Assembly (NCBI GenBank): GCA_049694315.1
Contig: JBAVQU010000023.1
Coordinates: 1,135-65,134 of the forward strand
From: Candidatus Zixiibacteriota bacterium
GTDB lineage: Bacteria > Zixibacteria > MSB-5A5 > SM1-73
Reading direction: 5' to 3'
Length of the DNA stretch: 64,000 bases
The position numbers and the translations under genes were made by a program. Shown one piece after another: positions 1 through 9,057 of this stretch. Positions within the stretch are counted from its first letter, which is position 1. Every line of letters begins with the position of its first letter. The notes under the pieces are model-generated. The model did no database searches. It saw nothing but the letters and a program-made list of their open reading frames with translations, and was not told the origin of the DNA.

Positions 1-174
1 CGCATACCGGTGGTGGTACTGACGGTTTCAAGGGCGGCGGAGGACGTTCTCAAAAGCTATAACCTTCACGCCAACTGTTACATCAGCAAGCCTTTTGATA
101 TGGAGCAGTTCGTCAAGGTGGTAAAATCCATTGAGGACTTCTGGTTTAGCATTGTGAGACTGCCTTCAGGATAA
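1..174 (+). CDS. Response regulator receiver protein, C-terminal fragment (5' end truncated by the window edge), Rcp1-like
   Basis: Frame 1 reads ...[10 protein letters not shown]...[33 protein letters not shown] and stops at TAA 172-174. The C-terminal tail (NCYI-KP...FW-S-IV-LP) is shared with the paralog at 198-626. Confidence 0.6.
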   Translation, partial: RIPVVVLTVSRAAEDVLKSYNLHANCYISKPFDMEQFVKVVKSIEDFWFSIVRLPSG

Positions 175-197
175 ACAAAACAAACCACGGGGAGAAG

Positions 198-626
198 ATG
201 AGAATTCTATTGGTGGAGGATCAGCCTTCTGCGGTGCGCTCGGTTCGGAAGGTTCTTAAGGAAAACCATGGGCACCATAACCTGTATGTAGCAAAAGATG
301 GAGTGGAAGCGATGGCTTTCCTCCACCGAGAGGGAGATTATGCTCTTGCTCCCCGTCCCGACCTGATCCTGCTTGACCTGAGCCTGCCGAAAAAGGATGG
401 GCGGGAGGTTTTAGCCGAGATCAAGTCGGATGATAAATTGAAGCGCATTCCGGTAGTGATCCTGACTGTTTCCGAATCTGAGGAAGATATTTCAAAAACT
501 TACAATTTACAAGCAAACTGCTACATCACAAAACCGATTCACTTAAGACAGTTTGTGGAAATCATCCAATCCGTTCAGAATTTCTGGTCGACCATAGTGA
601 CATTGCCACCCGCACAGACTCCATAG
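198..626 (+). CDS. Single-domain CheY-like response regulator, Rcp1/phytochrome-partner type
   Basis: 142 aa with the REC motifs LLVED, LILLDLSLPKKDGREVL and KRIPVVILT. It ends NCYITKP...FWSTIVTLPP, the same tail as the truncated upstream paralog, so the two form a tandem pair. Confidence 0.85.
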   Translation: MRILLVEDQPSAVRSVRKVLKENHGHHNLYVAKDGVEAMAFLHREGDYALAPRPDLILLDLSLPKKDGREVLAEIKSDDKLKRIPVVILTVSESEEDISKTYNLQANCYITKPIHLRQFVEIIQSVQNFWSTIVTLPPAQTP

Positions 627-663
627 TGGTAAACCTAATCTTTGGGGCAAAGGGAAGTTTAAG

Positions 664-3600
664 ATGAAAAACCATGACACCCAGGTGTTGGTAATCGAGG
701 ATAATCCAGGCGATGTCCGGTTGATTCAGGAAATGCTACTTGAGGTAAAAGACAAATCCTTCAATGTGGAACTGGCAGAGAATCTCTCCAAAGCATTGGA
801 ACGGCTGAAGCAAGGGGGGGTCGACGTGGTGATGTCAGATCTCGGGCTACCGGATAGCCAGGGTCTGGCAACCTTCGAACAATTGCATACCCACTCCCCG
901 GAAGTGCCGATAGTCATTTTGACCAGCACTTATGATGATGAGACAACGGCAGTGGAGGCGGTAAGCAAAGGCGCTCAGGATTATCTGGTCAAGGGACAGG
1001 TAGATGGAAAAGTAGTATCTCGGGTTCTGCGGTATGCCGTTGAACGCATGCGGGTAGAGGAGGAGTTGCGAAAAGGAAGAGACCGAGCCCAAAAGTATCT
1101 GGATGTGGCAGGAGTCATAATGGTGGCGATTGGAGCTGATCAGAAAATTACCTTGATGAACAAAAAGGGTTATGAGGTTTTGGGATACAAGGAGGAGGAG
1201 CTTATCGGCCGGAACTGGTTTGATACGGTTCTTCCCATAGGAACAAGAGATAAAGTGAAAGATGTCTTTGACCGGTTGATAACCGGAGAAAATGAGCCGG
1301 CTGAATATTTTGAAAATTCAGTTTTGACCAAAAACAGCCAGGAGCTTCTTATCGCCTGGCATAATGCCATTCTTAAGGATGAAAAAGGTAATATTATAGG
1401 AACGCTAAGCTCGGGGGAGGACATCACTCAGCGTAAGCAGGCGGAGGAAAAACTGAACGAGAGTGAAGCGAAGAATCGAGCATTGCTTGCTGCTATACCA
1501 GATTTGATGTTCCGACTAACCAAGGATGGCACTTTTGTAGATTATAGAGGAGCAGGGAATGAACTGTTAATGCCACCGGAAAAGTTTTTAGGGAGAAAAG
1601 TGCATGAAGTCTTGCCGAAGGCGATAGCGGAACAGACTATTCAATCCATTGAACAAGCCCTGCAAACTGGTGAGACACAACTTTTTGAGTATTCATTGCC
1701 GATTGGAGATGATGTCCGCCATTATGAGACCAGATTGGTGGTCAGCGGAGAGGACGAGGTTCTTTCCATCGTGCGGGACATCACTCAGCATAAACAGGCG
1801 GTGGAAGAACTGAAGGAGAGCGAAGAGCGCTTCCAGAGTCTGTTCAAGTCGGTTAATGAGGTAGTTTGGGCGGCGCTGCCCGACGGATCCAAATACTTGT
1901 ACGTCAATGACGCCATAGAGCGAGTTTACGGTCGACCTGCCACTGAGTTTTTAGAAAATGCGAATATTTGGCAGGAGGCAATACATCCGGATGACATAAG
2001 CAGGGTACTAAAAGAGTCACAAGAGCTTCTGGAGCGGGGAAATATTGAGACTCAGTATCGGATTGTGCGACCGGATGGCGAGATACGATGGATCAACGAC
2101 CGAAAGAGCGCGGTTTATGATGAGGATGGGAAACCGATTCGGATTGGTGGAATTGCCATCGATATCACGGAACACAAGATAGCAGAGCATTTGAGGCAGG
2201 AAAACGAGGAGCAGTCTCATCGATTGGTGGAAAGCATTCAAGATGGAATCATAATGGTCGACCAAAATCTTCAAGTAAGAGTGATGAACCCTGCGGCATT
2301 CTCCATCATGAATCTAGTCAACTCCGATTCATTCCCGGATGTTAAGACGGTTGAGAAGGCTTTAGACGTTGATTTTCATAAACTGGAAAAACAGCCGACC
2401 AAAGACCATCAAGATATAGTGAGAAAGGAAGTGGTGATCCGTAGCCATATGTATGCCATTTTAGTCTTTCCCCTAAGAAGCGGAGAAGGAAAATTCGATG
2501 GCTTTGTGGTGAGTATGCGAGATATTACCGAAGAAAAGAGGCTGGAAGAGCTGAAATCCGAATTCGTCTCCGTGGTTTCACATGAGCTGAGAACTCCTTT
2601 GACCTGCATCAAAAACGCAGTGGATCTTCTCTTGCTGAAAAAGGCGGGAGAGATAAACGAGAATCAAAGCAATTTTCTCTCCATGGCTTCTCGGAATGTG
2701 GATAGGCTGGTCCGCATCATCAACGATTTCTTGGACATATCCAAGATGGAAGCTGGCAAGATGCAGCTCAGATTTGAAAGGATTGATTTGGCGGAGATAG
2801 CAGAAGGGACCTTGTCGACATTTGCGTTGCCAGCCCAGAAAAAATCCATGAAGTTGGAGAAGAGTATCTCATCGGGTATTCCCAAAATTCTGGGCGACCA
2901 TGACAAACTGTCTCAAGTGTTGTCCAATTTGGTCAGCAATGCCGTCAAGTACGGCCCGGAGGGCGGGAAGATATGTATTCAAGCCACTTTGATTAACAAA
3001 ACTAAGTCTCCTCTTCCTCAAATGCTTTTCCTTACCCATGATGATTTCGTCAAAGTGGAAGTTAAGGATAACGGCCCTGGGATTCCTGGCCATGAGACGG
3101 AGAAGATATTTGACAAATTCTATCAAGTGGAAAGGTCCTTGACCCGGAATATATCCGGAACCGGCTTGGGATTACCCATCTGCAAGAAATTGGTGGAAGC
3201 GCATAAGGGAAAAATCTGGGTGGAGAGCAAAACAAATCAGGGGAGTAACTTCGTATTTGTCTTGCCCCTCCTTCAGGAACAAGAGATTTTCGATTGTCAT
3301 TTAGAGAATTTAGTCAACCAGGCAAAATTATCCTCTTCTTTTCTTTCGCTGGCATTGCTCCAAGTCAAAGATTTTGAGGCAATCAAGGTGGCGATGGGAG
3401 CAAAAAGGGCAAACGAAATAACCGAAGATACGATGACGCTGGCTCAAAAGACGCTCTGGAAATCTGGTGATTATGTCCATCCCGATCATGAGTCGGGTCG
3501 ACTTTTTATCATTTTGGGCGATACGTCCAAAGAGGGCGCACTTGCAGTTTGCAGGAGATTGAAGGAGAATCTTCTAAATCACAACTTCTCGATTGAGGGT

Positions 3601-4122
3601 AAATCCACGGAGGTGGAGTTTTTCCTGGGGCTGGCAAACTACCCAGACGATGCTAATACCACCACCGAATTGCGGGAAGTAGCTGAGCGCACGGATCACT
3701 TTTCCAGTATAACTGTAAGAAAAAAGACCATCTTGGTGATTGACGACGATCAGAACTTTGCGCATGCACTTTCCCGAAAGTTCATCCGGCGCGGCTATGG
3801 GGTATTGGAAGCTTTCAGCGGAATAGAAGGGATCGAAAAGGCAAAACAGGTCGAGCCGGACCTGATCATATTGGATATAAAAATGCAGGGGATGGACGGA
3901 TATGAGGTGACCTCGAGGCTGAAACAGGAGGATGATACCAAGCATATCCCTATACTGGCGATTTCCGGAAGTATCAACACCAACGTGGAGAAAATCTTAG
4001 CGTTAGGAGCAGGCGAATTTATCACCAAACCGTTTTCCGATACGGTCTTAATGAGTGCGGTGGAAAGACTAATAGAAATGAAGGAGGAAAAACATGTATA
4101 CCATACTGGTGGTGGACGATGA
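664..4122 (+). CDS. Hybrid sensor histidine kinase: REC, multiple PAS/PAC, HisKA, HATPase_c, degenerate GGDEF-like domain, C-terminal REC
   Basis: 1152 aa. N-terminal receiver (VLVIEDNPGDVRL...VVMSDLGLPD). Repeated PAS-like blocks. H-box SHELRTPLT. HATPase motifs DNGPGIP and GTGLGLPICK. The segment from about 3328 to 3700 aligns to the GGDEF fold (…EGALAVCRRL…GLANYPDDANTTTELREVAE) but has HESGRLF where the GG[DE]EF motif belongs. C-terminal REC (ILVIDDD...LIILDIKMQGMDGYEV...ILAISG). Confidence 0.9.
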   Translation: MKNHDTQVLVIEDNPGDVRLIQEMLLEVKDKSFNVELAENLSKALERLKQGGVDVVMSDLGLPDSQGLATFEQLHTHSPEVPIVILTSTYDDETTAVEAVSKGAQDYLVKGQVDGKVVSRVLRYAVERMRVEEELRKGRDRAQKYLDVAGVIMVAIGADQKITLMNKKGYEVLGYKEEELIGRNWFDTVLPIGTRDKVKDVFDRLITGENEPAEYFENSVLTKNSQELLIAWHNAILKDEKGNIIGTLSSGEDITQRKQAEEKLNESEAKNRALLAAIPDLMFRLTKDGTFVDYRGAGNELLMPPEKFLGRKVHEVLPKAIAEQTIQSIEQALQTGETQLFEYSLPIGDDVRHYETRLVVSGEDEVLSIVRDITQHKQAVEELKESEERFQSLFKSVNEVVWAALPDGSKYLYVNDAIERVYGRPATEFLENANIWQEAIHPDDISRVLKESQELLERGNIETQYRIVRPDGEIRWINDRKSAVYDEDGKPIRIGGIAIDITEHKIAEHLRQENEEQSHRLVESIQDGIIMVDQNLQVRVMNPAAFSIMNLVNSDSFPDVKTVEKALDVDFHKLEKQPTKDHQDIVRKEVVIRSHMYAILVFPLRSGEGKFDGFVVSMRDITEEKRLEELKSEFVSVVSHELRTPLTCIKNAVDLLLLKKAGEINENQSNFLSMASRNVDRLVRIINDFLDISKMEAGKMQLRFERIDLAEIAEGTLSTFALPAQKKSMKLEKSISSGIPKILGDHDKLSQVLSNLVSNAVKYGPEGGKICIQATLINKTKSPLPQMLFLTHDDFVKVEVKDNGPGIPGHETEKIFDKFYQVERSLTRNISGTGLGLPICKKLVEAHKGKIWVESKTNQGSNFVFVLPLLQEQEIFDCHLENLVNQAKLSSSFLSLALLQVKDFEAIKVAMGAKRANEITEDTMTLAQKTLWKSGDYVHPDHESGRLFIILGDTSKEGALAVCRRLKENLLNHNFSIEGKSTEVEFFLGLANYPDDANTTTELREVAERTDHFSSITVRKKTILVIDDDQNFAHALSRKFIRRGYGVLEAFSGIEGIEKAKQVEPDLIILDIKMQGMDGYEVTSRLKQEDDTKHIPILAISGSINTNVEKILALGAGEFITKPFSDTVLMSAVERLIEMKEEKHVYHTGGGR

Positions 4123-4501
4123 TGAGGACCTCCTCAAAGCGCTGGATTTCTACTTAAGCCAGAGTAATTACCACATAATTCAAGCGAAGGACGGTGCGGA
4201 GGCGGTGACTAAGGCGTACGAGCTGCAGCCCGATCTGGTTCTGTTAGATATCATGATGCCTAGCTTGGATGGTTTAACCGCCTGCCGAGGGATCAAAAGC
4301 ATGGAAAAGCCAAAAGATATCCCCGTCATCATGCTCACTGCCAAGGGAGATGTGGAAACCATAAAAGCCGCCTTCAAAGCTGGGGCTAACGATTACGTGG
4401 TAAAACCTTTTGCCATCGGGCAGATCCTGCAGAAAATGGAAGAATTTTTGGGGACCACAGGAGTCAGAAAAAGAGATTCAAATGTGAAGGAACCATATTG
4501 A
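4094..4501 (+). CDS. CheY-like single-domain response regulator
   Basis: 135 aa with LVVDDDEDL, LVLLDIMMPSLDG, IMLTAKGD, KAGANDYVVKPF. Its start overlaps the 3' end of the hybrid kinase by 29 nt, which suggests translational coupling. Confidence 0.85.
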   Translation: MYTILVVDDDEDLLKALDFYLSQSNYHIIQAKDGAEAVTKAYELQPDLVLLDIMMPSLDGLTACRGIKSMEKPKDIPVIMLTAKGDVETIKAAFKAGANDYVVKPFAIGQILQKMEEFLGTTGVRKRDSNVKEPY

Positions 4502-4562
4502 AATTGTAGATTGCAACTCGGTTCTAACATAGAAATCCTGTCCTCTAAAGGGGGTGAAACAG

Positions 4563-4934
4563 ATGGAACGGAAAAGAATTTTGATCGCAGATGATGAAAA
4601 AGACATGGTCGCCACCTTGCAGTTCACCTTAAATCAAGAGGGCTATCAATGTCTCACCGCCTATGACGGGCAGGAAGCTCTGGACAAAGCCAAAAGTGAA
4701 AACCCGGACTTAATCATACTGGACATCATGATGCCGAAGATGAACGGATACAAAGTCTCGCGGCTTTTAAAATTCGACAAAAGATACAAGCATATCCCGA
4801 TCATCATGCTTACCGCCCGCACGCAAGAGAAGGACAAAAAGCTCGGTGAGGAAACCGGAGCGGACATGTATATCACCAAGCCATTCGAGATGGATGCCTT
4901 AGTCAATACCATAATGAACATGCTAAAGTGCTAA
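4563..4934 (+). CDS. CheY-like single-domain response regulator
   Basis: REC motifs ILIADDEKDM, LIILDIMMPKMNGY, IIMLTAR, ADMYITKPF. ATG at 4563 is preferred over the GTG at 4554 because a GGGGG Shine-Dalgarno lies 7 nt upstream of the ATG. Confidence 0.85.
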   Translation: MERKRILIADDEKDMVATLQFTLNQEGYQCLTAYDGQEALDKAKSENPDLIILDIMMPKMNGYKVSRLLKFDKRYKHIPIIMLTARTQEKDKKLGEETGADMYITKPFEMDALVNTIMNMLKC

Positions 4935-4970
4935 GAGCTGCAAACCTTCCGTCAAACTCAAGAGGCAACC

Positions 4971-6686
4971 ATGGAGAAGACAAAAGCTGAGGCCATAAGT
5001 TTAGGATTGATCGATACACTGGCAGAAAAACTGGTTGGAGAGAAAATCATCACCCCCTCTCAATTGAATAAAGCCAATGAGATAAGCTCAAAAGAACAGC
5101 AACATCTGGGTAGTGTCTTGATAGAACTTGGATACGTAACGGAGGAGACTCTGCTGGAGTTTTTGTCCCAAGAATGGCAGGTCCCCCATGTGGACCTGCA
5201 AGATTATGAAATAGACCCTCATGTGATCCCGCTGGTGAGCGCTGCTACAGCTCACCGATACAGGTTCATTCCGCTTTTCGTAATAGAAGATGTGATCACC
5301 ATCGCCATGGCCGATCCGTTGGATCTGTTTGCCTTGGATCGAATCAGATTTGAAACGGGCCACAAGATCGAGCCGATGATCTGCTCCGAGAAGAGCGTCA
5401 CGGCAGCGATCAACCGGTTCTACCCCCTAATCAGCCCCTTGAAATCGATTCTGGATAAGGCCGTAGAGCACATCGTAGGATTCGAAGATGAGGAGAAGCT
5501 ATCCAGATTACAACTGGAGAGGATTGCGGAAGAGCCGCCCATAGTGAAACTGGTAAATACCTTGATAACACAAGCCATTCAAATGGAGGCAAGCGACATC
5601 CACATCGAACCCCAGAAAGATGATGTTTCCGTGCGTTTTCGGGTGGATGGGGTTTTGCGGAAACTCTCTTCGCTCCCCAAAAGCGTTTGTCTGCCTGTGA
5701 TCTCAAGAATAAAAATTCTGTCACGTCTGGACATCACTCAAAGAAGAAAGCCCCAGGACGGAAGGATACCTTTTGTATCTGAAAAGAAACATATGGATTT
5801 GAGAGTTTCCACCTATCCCACAATTTTTGGCGAGAAAATAGTCATTCGTATCTTGGATCTAAGCAAAGCTCAACTTAAACCTGGAGACTTGGGAATGCCT
5901 TCCTTGGTACAGACAAAATTTCATCAACTGATACAAAGACCCCATGGAATGGTCTTGGTAACCGGACCAACGGGGAGTGGGAAGACTACCACCCTGTATG
6001 CAGCACTTAATTCGATCAACGCGGAAGGGACAAATATTGTCACTATAGAGGATCCCGTCGAATATCAATTGGACCACACTAATCAGGCAAATGTGGATGA
6101 AAAATCTGGGTTGACCTTTGCGGATGCTTTGAGAAGCATCTTGAGACAGGATCCCGACATCATCTTGGTAGGAGAAATAAGAGACACGGAAACAGCCCAA
6201 TTAGCCATACGGGCAACTCTGACCGGACACTTGGTCTTCAGCACCCTGCATACCCGAGATTCCGCAGGAGCTATCACCCGTCTTTTGAACCTGGAAGTCG
6301 AACCTTTCCTGATTTCCTCTTCTCTTTTGTGTGTGTTGGCCCAAAGATTAGTCAGAGTAATCTGCCCTCAATGCAAATATTCTTATCATCCCCCAGAAAA
6401 TATTTTAAAGGACTTAAATATGGAGAAAGAAGAGGGGGTGGTCCTTTATCAAGGGAAGGGTTGTCCCGACTGCGATAATACCGGATACAAAGGACGAGTG
6501 GCCATCTATGAGCTTTTAGTACCAAACCCGGAAATCTTCGAGATGATAATGGTTAAAGCTTCAGCCGAGCAGATCAAAAACGCACTTTCTAAGACAGGGA
6601 TGAAGACCTTATTGGATGACGGGTTGGAGAAAGTAAGGGAAGGGATCACCACTATCGATGAAGTGATGAGAGTAACCCTGCTCTGA
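4971..6686 (+). CDS. GspE/PilB-family type II secretion / type IV pilus assembly ATPase with T2SSE_N (MshEN-like) N-domain
   Basis: 571 aa. N-domain LGSVLIELGYVTEETLLEFLSQE. Walker A GPTGSGKTTTLYAAL. Walker B/Asp box DPDIILVGEIRDTETA. Tetracysteine CPQC...CPDC. RBS AGAGG upstream. Confidence 0.9.
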   Translation: MEKTKAEAISLGLIDTLAEKLVGEKIITPSQLNKANEISSKEQQHLGSVLIELGYVTEETLLEFLSQEWQVPHVDLQDYEIDPHVIPLVSAATAHRYRFIPLFVIEDVITIAMADPLDLFALDRIRFETGHKIEPMICSEKSVTAAINRFYPLISPLKSILDKAVEHIVGFEDEEKLSRLQLERIAEEPPIVKLVNTLITQAIQMEASDIHIEPQKDDVSVRFRVDGVLRKLSSLPKSVCLPVISRIKILSRLDITQRRKPQDGRIPFVSEKKHMDLRVSTYPTIFGEKIVIRILDLSKAQLKPGDLGMPSLVQTKFHQLIQRPHGMVLVTGPTGSGKTTTLYAALNSINAEGTNIVTIEDPVEYQLDHTNQANVDEKSGLTFADALRSILRQDPDIILVGEIRDTETAQLAIRATLTGHLVFSTLHTRDSAGAITRLLNLEVEPFLISSSLLCVLAQRLVRVICPQCKYSYHPPENILKDLNMEKEEGVVLYQGKGCPDCDNTGYKGRVAIYELLVPNPEIFEMIMVKASAEQIKNALSKTGMKTLLDDGLEKVREGITTIDEVMRVTLL

Positions 6687-7030
6687 TTCCCTCGATTTTC
6701 CCACCACGAAATTTTATCCGCAAAACAATCAGAGGGCGATTAACTTGGAGGCTTCACTCTATGTGCCAACCGAAGGAACTCCTTAGGTAGGTAAAGAGAG
6801 TTTGTTCTTGTGTCCATTTTGTGTTCCAGTAAGGTATAGAAAGACACAAACAAGCAAAAAGAGATACAAACGAACAAAAAGCCAAATTCAATAGAGCCCT
6901 AAGCCCAATCTATGATATATTGTTAACAATAGAGTAACCAGATCCACTCAATTGGTACGGGCAGTTCTCAGCCATCAAATCGGGGTTCGACCTCCCGCAG
7001 CGCTAACAGAAACGAAAGGTCTGTCAACCC

Positions 7031-7399
7031 ATGCCCAAGAAGATTCTGGTGGCGGGTGAGAATCCCAATATCGTTAAGCTTTTAGATTTCCGGTTGAAAG
7101 CGAACGGATTACAGGTTATCACCGCTCACGACGGGGAGGAGGCTTTAGAGAGAGTTCGCCAGGCGAAGCCGGACTTGATGATCCTCGACGTAGTGCGCCC
7201 CAAGATCGATGGATATGAAGTCTTAAGCATCCTCAGGGCGGATGAGCAGTACAAAGACATTCCAGTGGTGATGTTGACTGCGCATGGACAGGCAAAGGAT
7301 GTAGAAAAGGGTCTGGAATTAGGCGCAGTCTCTTACATCACCAAGCCATTTAAACCGGAGATGCTGTTGGGGGTCATAGAGGGAGCATTGGTGGGATAA
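7031..7399 (+). CDS. CheY-like single-domain response regulator
   Basis: 122 aa with ILVAGENPNIV, LMILDVVRPKIDGYEV, VVMLTAHG, SYITKPF. Confidence 0.85.
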   Translation: MPKKILVAGENPNIVKLLDFRLKANGLQVITAHDGEEALERVRQAKPDLMILDVVRPKIDGYEVLSILRADEQYKDIPVVMLTAHGQAKDVEKGLELGAVSYITKPFKPEMLLGVIEGALVG

Positions 7400-7444
7400 G
7401 AGGTGGTGAGCACAATGCAGTCACTCTGTTGGTTGTCACTGACG

Positions 7445-7479
7445 CCCTGGTCCGTTATCAAAGGGACTTGAGACCAGGG
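7445..7479 (+). terminator. Hairpin downstream of the response-regulator gene (possible terminator)
   Basis: CCCTGGTC...GACCAGGG forms a perfect 8-bp inverted repeat 45 nt after the stop at 7399. No T-tract follows, so the call is weak. Confidence 0.25.
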
Positions 7480-7818
7480 GCTTGCGACTGGAAACACCAA
7501 CTACCAGCCCCTAACCCCTTATCTTCTCCCATAGATTCTAACAGTTGAGTCAGGAGGCGTCAGGACTGCGGTCCAACCTGCTCGCCACCCCAAAGCGAAG
7601 TCGAAGGGAGGTCCTCACCCAATACAAACACGTAAGTGGATTTGACGAGCTAAAATAGACCTCTCGCCGTCAATTCTGCCGTCGTTCGACAGACCAATCC
7701 TCTCGGTCTTGCCTGTTTGAAACCAAGCCCAAGAGCAGAAGACCTGCCCTAAGATTTGCATCCGTACAGGGAAATCAGTCTATTGCAGTCGATTCGATTT
7801 CCAGGAATACGAGTTTAA

Positions 7819-8883
7819 TCAGCGGTCTTTGGCACTCGTTTCTATGCGGATGGTTCCGCTCGACGTTGCCAACTTGATGTCAGGCCCGCCAGTACCCCGC
7901 TTAACCACAAAGCGATCGGTATAATAACCACGATCCTCATGGTATCGAAGAACCTTCTGGTCGTACGGGAAGGGGCATTTGATTTTTCCCTCTCCGGCCT
8001 TTTTCTTCAAACTCATCGAGAAATTCTCCCCAAATTGGGGAACGCTGAAGGTCACGTCTCCGCTGGCAGATGAAGCCTCAATGCGCTCGGATGGAAGATG
8101 ACGGAGGCGTAGATCCACATCGCCGCTGGACGATGAAGCGTCGCCCCGCTCCTTGACATCGCAGTCCTTGACAACGATGGAGCCTGAAGCGTTGGATAGC
8201 TCCATCTCCGTTGCTTGGCCGGAATCAAGCGATATGTCTCCGGATGCCGAACCGGTTTTGATATGGCCCGCCTGACAATTCGCAACCACTAGGTTGCCCG
8301 AAGCGGTGGAAAGCTCAAGCTCATCTGCGCGGATGTAACTGGCCTTGACCATTCCAGAGGCTGAGCCAATCTTGACATAATCCGCCCGGCAATCCCGAAT
8401 GGCTGCTTCTCCGGAAGCAGTAGAAAGATCAATATCCTTTGCCTGGACCGAATCAATCGACGTTTCGCCGGAAGCAGATTCTGTTTCAAGGTACTTCAGC
8501 TCCAAATCCTCGATGGAAATGCTTCCCGATGCCGTGTTGCATTTGATGTTCCGGAGGCTGTCCGATGTCGGAACGTATATGGTCCAGTAAATCTCTCCTC
8601 TGGTCTCGTGGCCGACGAAATTCTCCTTAACGGTCAGCTCTCCGCTGTTCGCCTCAACTTCCGGCTCAAGCGCGTCTGGATCGTCCAAGTTGTTCCTCAA
8701 TTCGACGATGAGCTTGCTTTCGCTCCCCGGGCGGATAGCTATGTCACCGCTGACCGTCCGGATGTCAATCGAATGAATGTCATCAAACGTGAAGGTTTGC
8801 AGCTTTTCCCGGGCTTGCGTAGCGGCTGAGACGCAAACACACACGACCAAGGTCAGCAACAAATAACGACATACCGACTTCAT
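7819..8883 (-). CDS. Secreted DUF4097-like (putative adhesin) beta-helix repeat protein
   Basis: Signal peptide MKSVCRYLLLTLVVCVCVSAATQA. Short [ST]ASG[DES]-I/V repeats recur with about 20-aa periodicity (TASGSISIEDLELK, SASGETSIDSV, TASGEAAIRD, SASGMVKAS, TASGNLVVAN, SASGDISLDS, NASGSIVVKD, SSSGDVDLRL, SASGDVTFSV). Confidence 0.6.
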   Translation of the reverse strand: MKSVCRYLLLTLVVCVCVSAATQAREKLQTFTFDDIHSIDIRTVSGDIAIRPGSESKLIVELRNNLDDPDALEPEVEANSGELTVKENFVGHETRGEIYWTIYVPTSDSLRNIKCNTASGSISIEDLELKYLETESASGETSIDSVQAKDIDLSTASGEAAIRDCRADYVKIGSASGMVKASYIRADELELSTASGNLVVANCQAGHIKTGSASGDISLDSGQATEMELSNASGSIVVKDCDVKERGDASSSSGDVDLRLRHLPSERIEASSASGDVTFSVPQFGENFSMSLKKKAGEGKIKCPFPYDQKVLRYHEDRGYYTDRFVVKRGTGGPDIKLATSSGTIRIETSAKDR

Positions 8884-9057
8884 AAGTCCTCCGTATCATT
8901 TAAAATTCATTTTGGGTAAGACATTACCCAAGATTACAACACGATGAACTGAACTAACAGTTTTTACTACGAGAAAAAAACCAAGATAGTTCCATTCAGG
9001 ATTTGCGAACCAAGCTTAAAATGCCTATATAATATATCAAGTAAAAGTCCAAAACGT

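Noticed and set aside
726-4028. Multiple 60-125-aa minus-strand ORFs inside the hybrid kinase gene (for example 726-929, 2017-2274, 3574-3945)
   Set aside because: They are antisense to a long well-supported CDS with clear domain content, have no RBS and are low complexity, so they are spurious.
6981-7005. tRNA-like T-arm CGGGG-TTCGACC-TCCCG followed by GCAGCGC
   Set aside because: No complementary 5' acceptor strand (GCGCTGC) 60-70 nt upstream and no D- or anticodon-arm structure, so this is not a tRNA.
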